The notes under the pieces: model-generated
Databases searched by the model: none
Seen by the model: the letters and a program-made list of their open reading frames with translations, nothing else
What the model was told of the DNA's origin: nothing
Position numbers and translations under genes: made by a program
Origin: Raillietiella orientalis
Taxonomy: Eukaryota
Direction: 5' to 3'
DNA length: 64,000 bases
Assembly: GCA_036172245.1 (NCBI GenBank)
Contig: JAYWIR010000007.1
Span: 2,728,001 to 2,792,000, forward strand
Shown here: positions 1 through 12,900 of the stretch, piece after piece
Layout of the letters: each line of letters begins with the position of its first letter
Numbering within the stretch: the first letter of the stretch is position 1

Positions 1-109
1 GAGGAGGAATGGACGCGCGGGCGGAAAGGGTGGAGTCGGCAAGGGGACGGAGAAGGAGGAGGGGAAGGAACGGACGCACACAGAACAGAGAGGAGAGGAG
101 CGCGCACCC

Positions 110-137
110 CCGCCGCCGCCGCCGCCGCCGCCGCCGC
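110..137. repeat. (CCG)9 microsatellite within a purine-rich low-complexity region (1-~840)
   Basis: Direct reading of ccgccgccg... at 110-137; flanks are GA-rich. Confidence 0.95.
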
Positions 138-3100
138 AGCCGCACCGAGCGAGGAGAGCGCTGGCTGGCGCGGAGCGGCGGCGGGCCTAGCCATAAAGGC
201 ACCGCGCCCGGCGCTGTGGCTGATGACTTCATCCGTCGCCGGAAGGAGGCGCTCCCGTGTTTTACGCCCGCGATGGCAGGCGGCGGCTGCCCTCGGAGAC
301 AATTAAGTTATCAGCAGGTGGAGGGGGAGGGAGGGAGCGCGGGAAGGGGAAGCAGGGGAGGGAAGGAGGAAGGAAGGCCAGGAGGTGGACGTCTGTAGGG
401 ACAAACCAACAAAGGGAAGAGGAAGGGAGCCGCGGACGAGGAGCAGGCGGCAGTGGCAGTGGCAGTGGTGGAAGAGGAGTCAGGGGCGGTGAATAGGAAA
501 GCCGTACGCGGAAGGAAAAAGGGAAGTGGAAGGAGAAAAAGGAAGGGAGGAGAGGAAAAGAGGAGGGACAGAGAGCATGGAGAGGGCAGGAGAGAAAACC
601 CGAAAAGAGGACCGCACTCAGGACAAACAGGAAGAGAAAGGGAGAGGAGGAAGACTGCGAATGGAGGGCGGAAGAAGGGCGAAGAGCATGGAGAGGGAAC
701 TGGGGAGGAATGGGGGGAAAAACACTCGATGGTAGCACCGAAGGAGGAGGGCACGGCCAAGGAAAGGACCCTCGCGGAAGGGGAGTGCGCCATTGGCACC
801 GAATACCCCTCGCCAGGAAGAAGGGGTCAGCAGTGGTAGCGGTCGCACCGGACGCGCTCCAGCTGCTGAGCGAGGAAGTCGTCAGGAACAGGAAAAATCT
901 GCTCTTCTTCCTACCTCCGCCTGCGACCTATCCGGCTCCCAGAACGTTTCCGCCTTCCTGTCCGCCTACCCCTTCTTAGGGAAAAGGGGAGGCTGAGGAA
1001 CGCCTGTCTCCCTTCCGTTCGTGTGAGCGACTTCTGGCTCCGTGCTCACCTCCGTTCCCTCCTCTTGCAAGAAAGGGAGAGCAAGAAGGGGGCTCTTTTC
1101 CCTCTGCGTGCAGCGCTCAGCTCGTAAGCTATCCCTCCCATCCCCCATTCGGAAGGCGAGGGAGAGTTTGGAAACACCTCTTCGTTCCTCCCCCTGGTTC
1201 CTCTTTCCCGAGGACCGTTACGCTGCAGCCTACAGACGGCGGCCGCGACCGCCTGTGAATGTGGAGAAGCGTCCTCGCCGCTTCTCGGTGCACCTGCCAT
1301 TCTCTTTGGGAGCGCAGCGGTGGGCGGCCACCCAAAAGTCATGTGACCTCGACGTCTGGGCATCCCTCCGGGAACGGGAGACCGACTGACATCCCGGAGT
1401 TCACGAAAGGGAAAGAGAAGGAGAGGGATGTGAAGGACTCCTGTCTACCGAGCGCAGAAGCATTCCTAGCTCTCTACCTCCTCTTCGTCATCACTGTCGT
1501 CATCATCTTCCGAAGGGATCGCTTCCTGAGTTTGCCGCCCCCGTGATGCCTCTTGCAGCTGAAGATGGCGTTGCCAGGCGCAGCGAGAACGCCTCAGCCC
1601 TCACTTCCGCTCGCTTGGTGGAGCACACTGCTCATGATGGAGGATGGAGTGCGGAGGAAGAACCACCGTCGACCCTGACCCGCTCCCGTCTCGAGAATCC
1701 GTCAATTGCTGCTCCTCTCGTTCCCGGAGCTCGGTAGGAGGAGGAAGGGAAAAGAGAGCATCTGGGGCGGGAACAACAGCGGACTAGCAAGAACGTGGCT
1801 ACAATGGCTGCCAGTCCTTCTTTTCATTTTCCTTCCTTGAACGTCCTCGTTTGCTTTCCACTTCTGGAATGTTGCCGGATGTTCCGAAAGCATCCCGACA
1901 CGTGCTAAAGAAGGAAGACTCATCCCTCCTTTCGATATCCCGGATCTTTTTCCAGAGTGCACGCCACTTCGAGGATTCAAAGGATAGCGGCGGAAGTAGA
2001 AGTGTGTGCAGGAGCAGAAGACGGAGGAGTAGAGAGAGCTGAGACAGATGGCCGCGTGGCAATCTCAGCGGACCTCCCAGCCGGGCCGATTACGAGGAAA
2101 AGGGGAGGTGCAGGCGCCTGCCTGAAAACGGGTGGAAGAAGGGGAGCCTCGAGGGTTCCGGCTCCATGACCGCCTTCCTTCAGCCAGGAGTACAGACTGA
2201 GAGTCTGACTCATCCCTGAACCACCCCATTCTTTTGAAAAAGCGAGTGGTAGCAGAGAGAGGGACGGTTTCGCAGATGGCCTGTTCGCTGCCGCTGGCTG
2301 CCGGAAGAAAGTTCCTGGAAAAAGGAGGCAAAAAAGAAGGAGTGGAAGATCAGAGTAGAGGACATCCAAAGTGAGCTCTCTGCCGAAGAAACGGCAGGGA
2401 AGAGGAAGGAGGAGGAAAAGGAGGAAAGGAGGAGGAGGAGAAGAATCAAGATAAGACGAAGAATAGGAGGAAGAGAACATCAGAAAGAGTAAGAGGAGGA
2501 GGAACAGCAGCAGCAGCAACTACCCTGCAGCGGTGCCGCAGGACATCATCTCTCGGCAAGGCGGTGTTCCTGGAAATCCAGGAGAACCTCGACAGACCGG
2601 GCTGCGCCCTGTAAGGCAAAGGAGCGAGAAGTGGGGCGATCCGCTGAGGGAGAGAGCTGCAGGAAGATGGTACCGGCTCCGCGAAGCAGGTCTGAGCTAG
2701 CGCTAGCGACCGCGTTGCCCTCGCTCAAGGGGAGGGTGAACTCGGGGCGTGCGTTGCCGATCTGGTCTCCAGTCCCAGAGAGCGGGGAGGACAGACGGTG
2801 GGAAGGGAGAGAATAGGAAGGGAGAATGGAGGAGCAGCTGTGGGTATTTGAGGAACTTCCCTCATGCCGCCTCCTCCACAGTTCGGTAGCGGAGCTCCAC
2901 GAGGGAAACTCTTCCGCTGTGAGCTCCCGCGAGCACCCGTCTTACTCCCTGTTCAGCTTCCCCAAGATGCTCGAGCAGGATTTTTGCGCCCTAAGGAAGA
3001 CGCGGGCGTGCAGCGGGACGTACCGGCTGAAGGACGCACCCGGTGTGGTCAGTCGCAGGGAGGGCAGGCAGAAGCGACTGCAGCAGCGTCCAGGAAAAAG

Positions 3101-4199
3101 CGACGATGGTGACGAGCGCTTGCGAGCAAAGCCCGCGGGAGGTGGAGGGAGGAACCAGGACACTTTCTTTTCAGAGTAGGCGTGGAGGGGGAAGAAGAGC
3201 AGCAGCAGCGTCTACTGCATAAGAAAAAGGAGAGAAGGGAGTGAATAAGACGGGAGTGAGAACGAGCGTAAGAAGAACTCCAGGCGCACGGAGTGGAGGG
3301 AGGGGGGAGGGGGAAGACGTAGAGGGCGCGCCCATCACTCGCTGCCGTCCTATCAAGAAGGCGTAGGCGGAGATCGACACTGAACTTACTAAGCGGAGAG
3401 ACCCCCCTGCCGGAGGGGATGCGTAAAGTAGCGGGAGGGGAAGTTAGTGTTAGATCTCCACGAGCCTCCCTCCTCCATGCCACCGCCCTCTCGCCCCCCT
3501 CTCGCCTTGCTAGCCGCCTCCTCAGCCGCTTTTTCGGTTCTCGGCGGGAGGCAAGTCCAGGAGGAACCCGTCGCAAGAGGAAAGGAGGGAGGTGGGGAAT
3601 CCGGAAGCCCCGTCCGCCCGCTGCGGCCCCGCCATAAACAAATGAAAAACTTGTTCTCCCGCTGGCTGCTTCCACAAGGGAAGCGAGAAGGAGAGGAAAC
3701 GGGGGGACTCTTTCTGGGAAAGAGCGTCGGGCGGAGGTGGTGCCGACACCTAGAAGGCGTGTGCGGGCGAGAGAGGATGAGGGGGGAGGGGGGAAGGAAG
3801 GAGTCGACAGAGAAGGCTCAGGGCGCGAAATTTTTTTTCAGTCTTATTTTTTTTTTTTTAAATTTTTCTACGTCTTCTTCCCTTTTATGGTCCGCATTCC
3901 GCGCAGCTTCCCAGGCGGAGAGGAGTGGCGACGGCAGAGGTCCGAGGGTCGTGCTGCTCCACCCTCTGGCCGGTCCCCCTTCCCAGAAGAGCTCTCTGCC
4001 GCCGCCGCCCCCGCCTCCACGCGCCCGCCGTCGGGGCCGGTGGCGGCGGAGCGCGCACGCGCCCCTCCCGGAAGGCAGGAGGAGGAACGGAGGCCACGCC
4101 CCGGCGCTCAGCCTCCTCAGGAGGCAAGGAGCTCTGGCCGGACGCTCCCAGCGGCTTTTATGAAGGCGCAAAGAGCGGCAGTAAAGCAATCCAGGCAGG

Positions 4200-6130
4200 G
4201 GCCGACGCGAAGAGGAGGCGATCCCAGGAGGTCCCCGTAGGTCGATCCTTCCGCTTAATGCTTTTACGGCTACTCTTGGAGGTCGGAGCGCAAGGGCGCT
4301 CCCGTAGTCGCTCCCATGCCCTCCCCTCTTTCTCTCCTGGACTCCATCGCTGCGCAAGTCACGACAATCTCTTCTCCGGGGCTCAAACGGCGCCCCTCCT
4401 CCCAGAGCAACCGTCCCAGGGAGAAGAGCAGCAGCTGCAGCTGCGGCGGGAAGACTGCTGCTCATCTGAGCGAGCGCAAACCAGGGGAGATTCCCTCTCC
4501 CGCCAGGATCCAAAAGCAAGGGGGCTTCCTTCTCCCCTCGGTGATGCACTCCACATGTGTCCCAGGGCCGTGCCACCATCCCAGAGCTGGTGACCGGAAA
4601 TCGGAGGGAGCTCTGGTGCCTCTTGAACTCTCGCCCAGCCCCTCGCTGCGGTCCTTTGCCTTGCGAGAGCGATAGCCGAGCAGGAAGCGGAGTCATCAGC
4701 TCGCCCTTCGACCTGTAGTAGGGCCAAGTTTCGCCATCCTCCCTTGCCCTCCCCGCCTCTCCTCCCTTGGCTTCCCGGGACAGCAAGAGTGACGGCGTCG
4801 CGGAGCTCCATCTCCCCTCTCCCGAGACCGACGTCCAGAGTTTCTCCCCATTCTGTAGCAGAGGCAGGAACGAGAGGGAGAAGAGGACGACGGGAGTGCA
4901 CAGTCTCATCCGTTCCCGGAGGAGAGGTCTTGGTGAAGCGAAAGAGAATGCTGCCATCTGCTGCGACCCCTCGCTCTCGGGCATCTCGCTGCACTATCAG
5001 GAGGGCACTCGGGTCACCTCCCCACTCATCCCGTTTCCTTTTGCTTCCCGAGGTCAAATGAGACCTCTGTGCCCTTCGAGCTTTGCTCCTCCCTCTCCGA
5101 ATTCCGGGAAGGGAGGCCTCAGTGGAAGACCCCCCTGGATCCTGCTCACGCTCGCCTTTACGCCGAAAGAGAAGCTGGAATGAGGTGGGGAGGAAGGGAG
5201 GAAAAAAGTCCCGTTCCTGGAGAAGGGGGCTCTCTTCCGGCTGGAAGGAAAGGGGGGCACAAACTCCCCCTCGTGCCACAGCCTCGCCAGGGGGCCCGGA
5301 GAGGGCTGCCCGCAATTAGCGCCTTCCTCGGGCCGGCCGTAAACCGAGCGTGGGAACGTCGCGGGTCGTAAAAAGCGCCCTCTAATGGACAGGAGGGGAG
5401 GCAATTAGCAGCCTCTCGCGGAAACCCTTTTATCGCCCCCGCAGGGCCGCTGAAGGGCCTCCAGGACGTGGCGTGCCCGATGTGGAGAGCGGGACGCTGC
5501 CGTCTTCCCCTTCCTCTTCCTACCACGTTCCTTCCTCCATGGTTCCTTTCTTCCGGAAAGCCCATGTGAGAGTCTTTCAGCTCACGGTTCCTCTTCTTCC
5601 CACTTTTCTCCCTCACCCCAGTCGCTCCGACGGTTTGCCAGGACAAGCCGTCCCTTCCTCTCCCGCTTGCAGGAATGTCTCCTTCCCTTACCCGTAAAAT
5701 CACCACGCAGAGTTGCTCTTCCCTCCTGTCCCCCTAGAGTGGTGGAGTCTCCGAACGAAGAGTTTCCAGAGAGAACGTTTCCTCCAGCGATCTGTGCCGC
5801 ATGAGCGCCGGTGGCGGCCGTGGTCAGCACAGGGGCATGTCCGTGGGTGCCCCATTTTCCCCCATTTTTCTTCCCTTTCTTGCAGGACGACCCCTCTCGA
5901 TACAGTCCGGGACTCGGCAAGTGGTTCCCGGCTCCGCGCGCTCGGACTGGGAGGAGGAAGTGCGCATACGCGCCTCTAGCGGAGGCAGCCAACGCGACTG
6001 GAAAACAAACGCAGGTACTCATCCTGCCGGCCAGGGTGTAACCTCTGGGAGGGAATGAACCCTTCCTGACCGGAAGAGAGCTCAAAAGGTCAGGATTCAT
6101 CCCAGAGCAATGGGGAACAGGAAGCGTGCT
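4200..6130 (-). mobile_element. Decayed L1/Tx1-like non-LTR retrotransposon ORF2 (APE + N-terminal RT); boundaries approximate
   Basis: Minus-strand motifs in correct order: LRGDF (5696-5710; cf. APE GDFN), KTSPPGTD (~4905-4930; cf. KSPGPDG), TLAVP...KGGWRNLALLQVE (4707-4790; cf. TLIPK..NWRPISLLNVD), APLLLDP (cf. LLLDFEKAFD). Frameshifted. Confidence 0.7.
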
Positions 6131-7249
6131 CGAGCCGAGGGAGGGAGCAGCCGGAAGCGCCTGCGCCCCGAGCAGCCCCGTCCGACGGCAGTCTGAGTTC
6201 TTTCCTGACGGCGGGCGCGCCCTCGCCTCCCGGTGCCGAAGATTCTTCTCTCTTCCCCTGCGCAAATTGCCGCCGTTCAGGAAAGAGGAGCAGGGACGAG
6301 GAAGAGGCGGAGGAGGACACCTGCAAGTAGGTAGAAGTGTGGAGATGCACGGCGGGGAAGTAGACTCCTCGGCGTTGTCGGTTACCCAAGAGAGAAATGT
6401 GCTTGGACCGTTGCACGGCAACGCAGCGTCGCTCACGGCTCGTTTCTCTTCTCGGTTCAAGGACACGGGTATTTTTTTTTCCCGTCTTCTTCTTCTTCTT
6501 CTTCTTTTCTTTCTCTCTTTTTCCGGAGGCCGCTCGCCGCTGCAGCCGCTCAGGAACGCTGTAAACAGGAAGAACTCCCAGTCCGGTCGGCTGACGGCAC
6601 CTGCGCGCGCACGTGCTCCTCCCCCTCCTCCCCTCTCGCTTTTTTGCGCGGACGCGCCCGTGCGCGCCACCCTCTGCCCCCTCCGGACCTTCGGACGGGA
6701 CGCGATCACGCGTGCGCGCACGCGCGAGCGACGAGGTCACGTGTTCTGCCGCAGCCGCCGTCGCCTCGGATGGGCTTCCCCCAGACGGCGGTCATCTGTC
6801 CCGTCGGGTGTGCAGCCAGTCGGGCGAAACGGGAAAGGAACGGGCTGCGAGTGCGCGAGCTTGCACCGGGGTGGAGGAGAAGCAAGGCAGCTCAGAGGGA
6901 AGAGAGGGGAGGGGGGAAAAAATCCTTCTTCACCCCCGTCCTTCGACCCTCCCTCTGCCCTTGGCTCTTCTCAGGGTCTCCCTTTCTTCGAGGGGTCCAG
7001 CGGAAGAGGGCGGAAGTTCTCTTCGTTGTCCACTGATCGCGCGGCTGGTCCCCTGCTTGTCTTCGGGAGAGCGAAGGAGGCGAGGCAGGTTGCCCCGACC
7101 GTGAAGGACAACTGGCGCGGAAGTATCCCTCCTGTCTTCCTTTGCCCTCCTCCGAGGAGAGCTTCATCTTCCCCTTCCAGCTTCCTTCCCTCCCTATTCG
7201 CTGGACCAAGCAGAGAGGGGGCAGGCATGCGTCAGCACCCTTCCTTCTC

Positions 7250-8330
7250 CACTCTGCTTGTCTCCTGGCTCACGAGCCAGGGATCACCTGCTGAGAGGGA
7301 CATGTCGGAGCTTCCGGCAGGCTGTCACTACTTCTCTCGCGCTCCCCGGCTGGGAAGGCAAAGAGAAAGAGAGCCCTGGAGACTCCTAGGGAGGAATGAA
7401 AGGGTCCCGGCGACTCCTTATCTGCAGCGCGGTGGTCACTGAGCTCCAGAGATTCAGCCGCGAGGACATCCTTGAGACGCTTTTTGGTCCGGAAGGTGGA
7501 ACCGATATGGCCCTGAGGGTGACGTTCTCTCTCCCCCCTATCTCTCCCTATCGATAAGGTAATCTCCCGCAAGATCCCTCAGGATCGCCCTTTCCTTCTT
7601 CGCAATGGGAAAGAGAATGCTGTGGTCACGAGACACCGCCCGATCTTCCTTTCGGAAGATCCAGAAGAGAGAGTTGTCTCGAGCGAGAGGCTGGACCGCC
7701 GCGACGCGCCCCCTTGAAGAGCGACGGAGGCACCTTCGCACCTGGTCCGGGCGAGAGAGGCTCGGGCTCCAGCTGGTGCCCAAGAAAATCGAGGAGGGAA
7801 GCACGACAGTCCCCAAGAAAGCCTGCCCAGGGACGACTGGGCTGAGGGGACATGTTGTAAGTCCCGAGCCCTCCAGGCTGGTACACCGTCTTCTCGGATC
7901 GCAGCTCGCTGCGCTCTCTTCTCCCCTCTCCGTTTGCCTGCGAACGCTTCCCCCCTCCCTTCTGTGCCTTCGACAGCGTTCGATCGGCCTTCGAGGAAGG
8001 CCTTCTTTATCCGTTCTTCTGTACCCGAAAAGGGTACACACTGGAAAAAAAACTCTCCCTTCTCGAGAGCACCCCTGATTTTCCCTGCTTGGCCGAGCTG
8101 TGCCGCTGCGAAGACCCTGGCAGCCAACCTCTACAGGACTGTTCTCTCGAAGGAAAGAGCAGCGAGGAGGACGAGGCTTTGGCTGGTTCCGCTGCTCCTT
8201 AGAGAAGTCCTCGCGCTGCTGCCGCGAATGAGTCTCCCTCTTGTCGATGGGTGGCTGCGAGCTCTTTTCCTCTCCCGGAAAGATGCATGGAGGGCGGCAC
8301 CTCCCACTTCCAGGAGCCGCGCCTGAGGCT
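7250..8330 (-). mobile_element. Decayed L1/Tx1-like ORF2 (linker/RT N-terminal) fragment
   Basis: IRGALEKGEFFF (cf. R..W.EEGE..TKFFF linker) followed by KKRLKDVL (cf. ANRLKKVL), across frameshifts. Confidence 0.4.
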
Positions 8331-8749
8331 TCCATGTGAAGCGGAAGCGCGGCCCTTCCCGAGGCCTCTCTTTCGCGGCTACCCCGAGACGCTCCTCCCT
8401 ATCCACGCAGCCACGCCGTCCACAGCCTCTAAAGGCTGTGGTGCCACGCTCAAGAGAACCTCCGGGAGGTGGGTCAGTTCGTCCCTCCGTCCTGCGCCCA
8501 GGCACACAGAAATCGCGTTTTCCCGCGCAGCCAGCACAGGGAACCATCCTTTCCCTTGAGAAACTGACGGGTGCGGGCACATGCGAGGATTTCGGTCCAC
8601 CGGGTGATTCACCTCTGTCTCCTCTATATCCACTCCCTTCTTCTGTGTCAGACGCCGGAGGGACCAACCAAGATTCTCAGCTTCTCTTTGGATCCCAAGA
8701 ATTCTGCTCCTGACGCGGACGGATCCCTTGGAACCGTTCAGCTGTTGTG

Positions 8750-9850
8750 GGGCGGGATAAAAAAAACGGAAGTAGGGATGTAACTGTTGCTACAGGTCGT
8801 GGACCACAGCATCGGGACTTTCGGAAAGGATGCAGCTACACTCTGGACCCGCATTGAAGAACGGCCTCCAGCCCTCTGTGGCCAGGGGAAGCACTTCGAA
8901 GGCTGACGTCGGAGAAGAGGAAGAGGTTGCGAGGAGGGGGAACCGAATCCTCCTGGTCCAAGCGGAAAGACTCCCTTGCCACGGCTCATCTTTCCTACCA
9001 AGTCTCCTTTCACGCCCGTTTCAGTTTTCCTCCGGAAGGGGTCACCTCGAGGAAACCAGTGGCTGCTCTTCCGGATGATGCCGGTTCAAAGAGCGGCTCC
9101 GCTTCATCTGCAATAGCGTTCTCTCCCATCCCCTTTCTTTTTTTTTCCCGTTTGGCTTCCATTCTCTGGAAAACAAGTTGGATTCGGCTCCTGGTGTGTT
9201 GGGACTTTTTGTTCTCTCGGAAGAGGAGGAATGGCCATCCCCAATCCTGTCGGTAAAGGGAGTGCCCCGTCACCCCCATTCCACATTTTCTGCCGCTCTG
9301 CCCCCCGTCATCTCTCCCTGTCACATCAGATGAGGAGGCAGTGGAGCAAAAGCAAGGTCTTCTGGGACGGATGGCATCGATCGGGTGGTACCAAGGGAAA
9401 GACGGAAATCTCGAAGCCACAGTCATCTCATTTTCCGACGTCCACGCCTCGGCCTGCAGACGTGTCCAGGAGGTCGTGTACGTTGAGCTCGCCGAGAGCG
9501 TTCCTCCTGGATCCTGCGTCGGATACTTCGAGGAGAGCGAACCAGGAGAGTGGCATGGAAGTGATCCAGACGTTGAAAAATCCGAGTCCTCTGGGAACTT
9601 CCGTCCCGTTTCCGGCAGCCGAGGAGCTCTTCGTCCTCCTGTTGGGATGAGATGCCTCCACTCCTCGGCTCCCAGGAGGAGAACCCTTCGTGGGTTTTGC
9701 AGGAGGTCGAGGACCAATCCGTCCGCGCTTGCTCAGGAGCGGACGGGCGTCGGAGGAACACGAGCGGCAACGTGCAGAAATAGGGCGCATCAATCAAACA
9801 GGTTGGAAACGGTGGGTACGAACGGACAGGAGAATGGCGATCTCTCACCT
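8750..9850 (+). mobile_element. Decayed non-LTR RT core/thumb fragment
   Basis: Degenerate motifs in RT order: QVVDHS (cf. DRVDH), AALPDDA (cf. AYADD), TKGKTEISK (cf. LS.KGK..I.K). Confidence 0.4.
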
Positions 9851-10749
9851 CCGTGACAAATCGACCTCGGTCATCGAGTGGACAAGAGAGAGAAAAAAAA
9901 AAAACAAAGAATAGGAAAGGAGGAAGCAAAAATTCCCCTCCTCGCATTGTTGTTCGGGAGACAATTCGATTCCGGGAAGTACCGGATTCGATCCGTCGGT
10001 CTGTCGACCGTCATCCCGGGGAACGCGCAGTTGAAAAAGGTGGCAGAAGAAGAGAGAGAACGGCTCTCTCGAGTCCTCTGCTCGACGCAGGACCGGAAGT
10101 CGCGAGCTCCCCGCCGGCCCTACTGAGGGAAACAAACAAACAAACAAACAGGAAAAGTGCAGGGCTGCGGTGCGGAGGTGGGTCGGGGGTGGCGGTAGAA
10201 AGGGGGGAGCTGTGAGAGTTTTCAGTGGGAGAACGGCGAGGCGTTCTATCCAAAGACGAATCACCCGCCCGCCCTTCCTGGCCGGCGTGCGGAGGAGAAA
10301 ACGGGAAGAGCCCGCTCGAGGAAAATTTCAAGCCGTGGCTTGCTCGGCTGTACTCACCCCCGCACGTGCGTGCGACGCACGCAGACTGCGCACCGTTCTC
10401 AGACTGTGGACCACTCGCGCCATGTGCGCCGAAGCGCGTCGGGCGACTTCCTCTGGACAGCTTCGACGCACCGCCCCCGAGAAGGCAATCCGCCCGAGAG
10501 TTGCGTGCGCTCGGAACCTCGCAAGGGGAGGAAGGGAGGGTGGTGGTGGGAGGGGGGGGGGGGGGAGAAGCTGGAAGAGTTACGTGGTCGGTCGATGAAT
10601 GGAATGGATGGGTGGACTGGCATCCGCACTCGTTAGGGTGATTCATCTCTCCAACGAACCAAAAGCCGGTTGGCACGTTGGCAGTCCCCCCCCCCCCTTT
10701 CCCTCTCCCCTTCGCGCCCTCTCGTATTTATCTTTTGCACCGTCCGGCC

Positions 10750-12900
10750 TTAATCAAGTCTGCCTGCAAACTGCCTGGTAGCTGTTAACCATCTGGAACT
10801 CCTTGTCGAACACCTTTTCATCCGAGTGACTTATCTCTGAATGGAACACTTTCCGAAAGAAAAGAGGAAAGTTATTGAACCCCGACCGACGGATCTCGAA
10901 GTAAGGAAAATGGATGGTCCAGCGTCGGGATTTTTCGGACAAGTGAACCAATGAATATTTTTTCATATTAATGGAAAGGCAGGCCCATTTGCATGATGTG
11001 TCACGAATCACTTTCCGTTCCGGAGGAGCGAGCAATCTGTGAGGAGGTGGCCAACGCCACCGAGCGTGCCGACCCGAGCAGCCGCAAGGGATCTTGCGAG
11101 AGAGATCGTTGCTTTCTGGCCGGGAACGGCGGAGGACGAGGCAGGAAGGGTGAAGGGGATGGCGAGCGAGCATTCCAGGCCTGCCCTTGGAACGAAGACA
11201 ACTCGTCCGGGAGCTTGGCTCGGAGCGCCCTGATTTCCTCGCGCAAATGAGCGCAGTTGATTTTTTCCTTCCCTCTCTCCCTCTCTCTCTTTCTCTTCTC
11301 CCTCCGCATGCACTTCCTTGCACTTTCCAGCGTGCGCCCATTGAGGACGGTCCGCCTGCGAGGTGACGGCGCGGAAGAGATCCGAGAAGTGGCGACGGGA
11401 AGGAGCACTTCCTCATCGGTGCGGATCTGTGCGGCCACTTGGTTCGCCCGGGGAAGTGGCGGAGGAACGGAACAAGAAAGGCCGTCCTCTCCCCCCTCCC
11501 CGCTTCCCTTCTCTTCCATGCTGCCCTGCTACGCATCTCGAAGACACGAGGGAGCTCATGAGGATGAGGTATAGGTGGGTTGGCCCCACGCGCGATTCAT
11601 CGGTGAAGCGGTCGCGCGTCGAATTGCCGGGAGATGCATGAGGAGATTGCAGCTGCGGTGGACCCGACATGATGCGCGCGGGTGCCCGCGATAGCGAAGG
11701 AAAAACGGAAGGCTCGAAGGCGTAGGGAATTCACCGCGGTTGAAGGAGGAATGAAGCATCGGTGACTGCAAGCTTTATCTTCTGGGAGTGGGGACCCTGA
11801 TCTGCCGGCAACTTCGCAAGAAGCGCACCCCAAGAGCCAGGATCTGGGACGCTTTCGGCTGCTCTTCGAAGAAAGCAGGATCTGAGACGTCAAGAAGCGG
11901 AGTTGGGACGGGAAAGACCGTGAAAGAGCACTTCGGGAGTCTACACGGGTCTGCAATCCGAAGAAAAGCGTGCTTCAAAGAAGACCGTTTTCTTGTGGAG
12001 CTCGTGGTGTCATGGCTCGTGACGAGGCGGCATGTACTTCGAAAGGATTTCGGAACGAGAATATTCCGAACGTGCCCCTGCGGTCTCAGAAGCCCACGTA
12101 ACTGCGTGCAGCACTGGTTGTGGGACCAGAGATAAAGTGCATTTTCTATCCCTCGAGAAGTTCCTTTGCTAATGAGTTTCCAGTTCCTGACGTCACTCTT
12201 CTGCGGCCCCTGGCTGCAGAAGTGCTGCCGGTCTTTATGGCGACATCTGGCGGGCGATGTGCAGAAGCAGGATGAAGAGGCAGGCCGCATGGAAATCCGC
12301 GATCGTCGTGGGGATTCTGTTCCCTGTCGGCGCGCTCCCTAGAGCGGTCAAGGTCATCTTTTGCTTCGTCCTTGGCAGAACGTTGCGCTCTCCCTCCAGC
12401 GCTCCGTTTCTTGCAGCATCCTCCGGAGTCCGTTCAGATTCCTCCACCTGCGTGGTTCAGAGAACTAGCAGTTGCGGGATCCGGTCAAGGTCATCTTTTG
12501 CTTCGTCCTTAACAGAACGTTGCGCTCTCCCTCCAGCGCTCCGTTTCTTGCAGCATCCTCCGGAGTCCGTTCAGATTCCTCCACCTGCGTGGTTCAGAGA
12601 ACTAGCAGTTGCGGGATCCGTCCTCCACTCTGCTTGGAAGCCAGCAGTTGCTGCGTTTCTCCTCCGTCGTACTGGAAGCAGCTTCCCCCGCCATCTGAAG
12701 AGTTTCCAGAACTGTCAGTGCAGAGACAGGAGGAGGAGGAGGAAGATAGGCTGCCTTGCGAACAGGTCGTGCACGCAGTTCCCTTCGCGCGTCCACCCGC
12801 CTCAAGGTTTTCTTCCGGTTCTGATAAGGGGTAGGTCGTGGAGCTCTTATAAGGATCACGTGGTAACCATGGGACTCTCGGAGCGCTTCTGATGTGGTGT
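10750..12900 (-). mobile_element. Decayed L1/Tx1-like ORF2: APE domain (11780-12900) plus RT remnants (10750-11000)
   Basis: GYHVILIR (cf. DVILIQE), IPTTIADFHA (12287-12316; cf. I.GDFNA), NILV...SSLKHAFL (cf. ID.IL...SDH..L), ACLSINMKK (cf. SGL.IN..K). Confidence 0.5.
12345..12618. repeat. Tandem duplication, 2 x 137 bp
   Basis: cggtcaaggtcatc...gcgggatc at 12345-12481 and 12482-12618; the only difference I see is cttggcag vs cttaacag. Confidence 0.95.

Noticed and set aside
3818..7442. Long ORFs of 300-440 aa in the ORF track (3818-4984, 4383-5315, 5582-6721, 6126-7442) as genes
   Set aside because: R/G/P/S-rich, run through microsatellites and overlap on both strands; expected from stop-poor GC-rich DNA, with only patchy LINE motifs.
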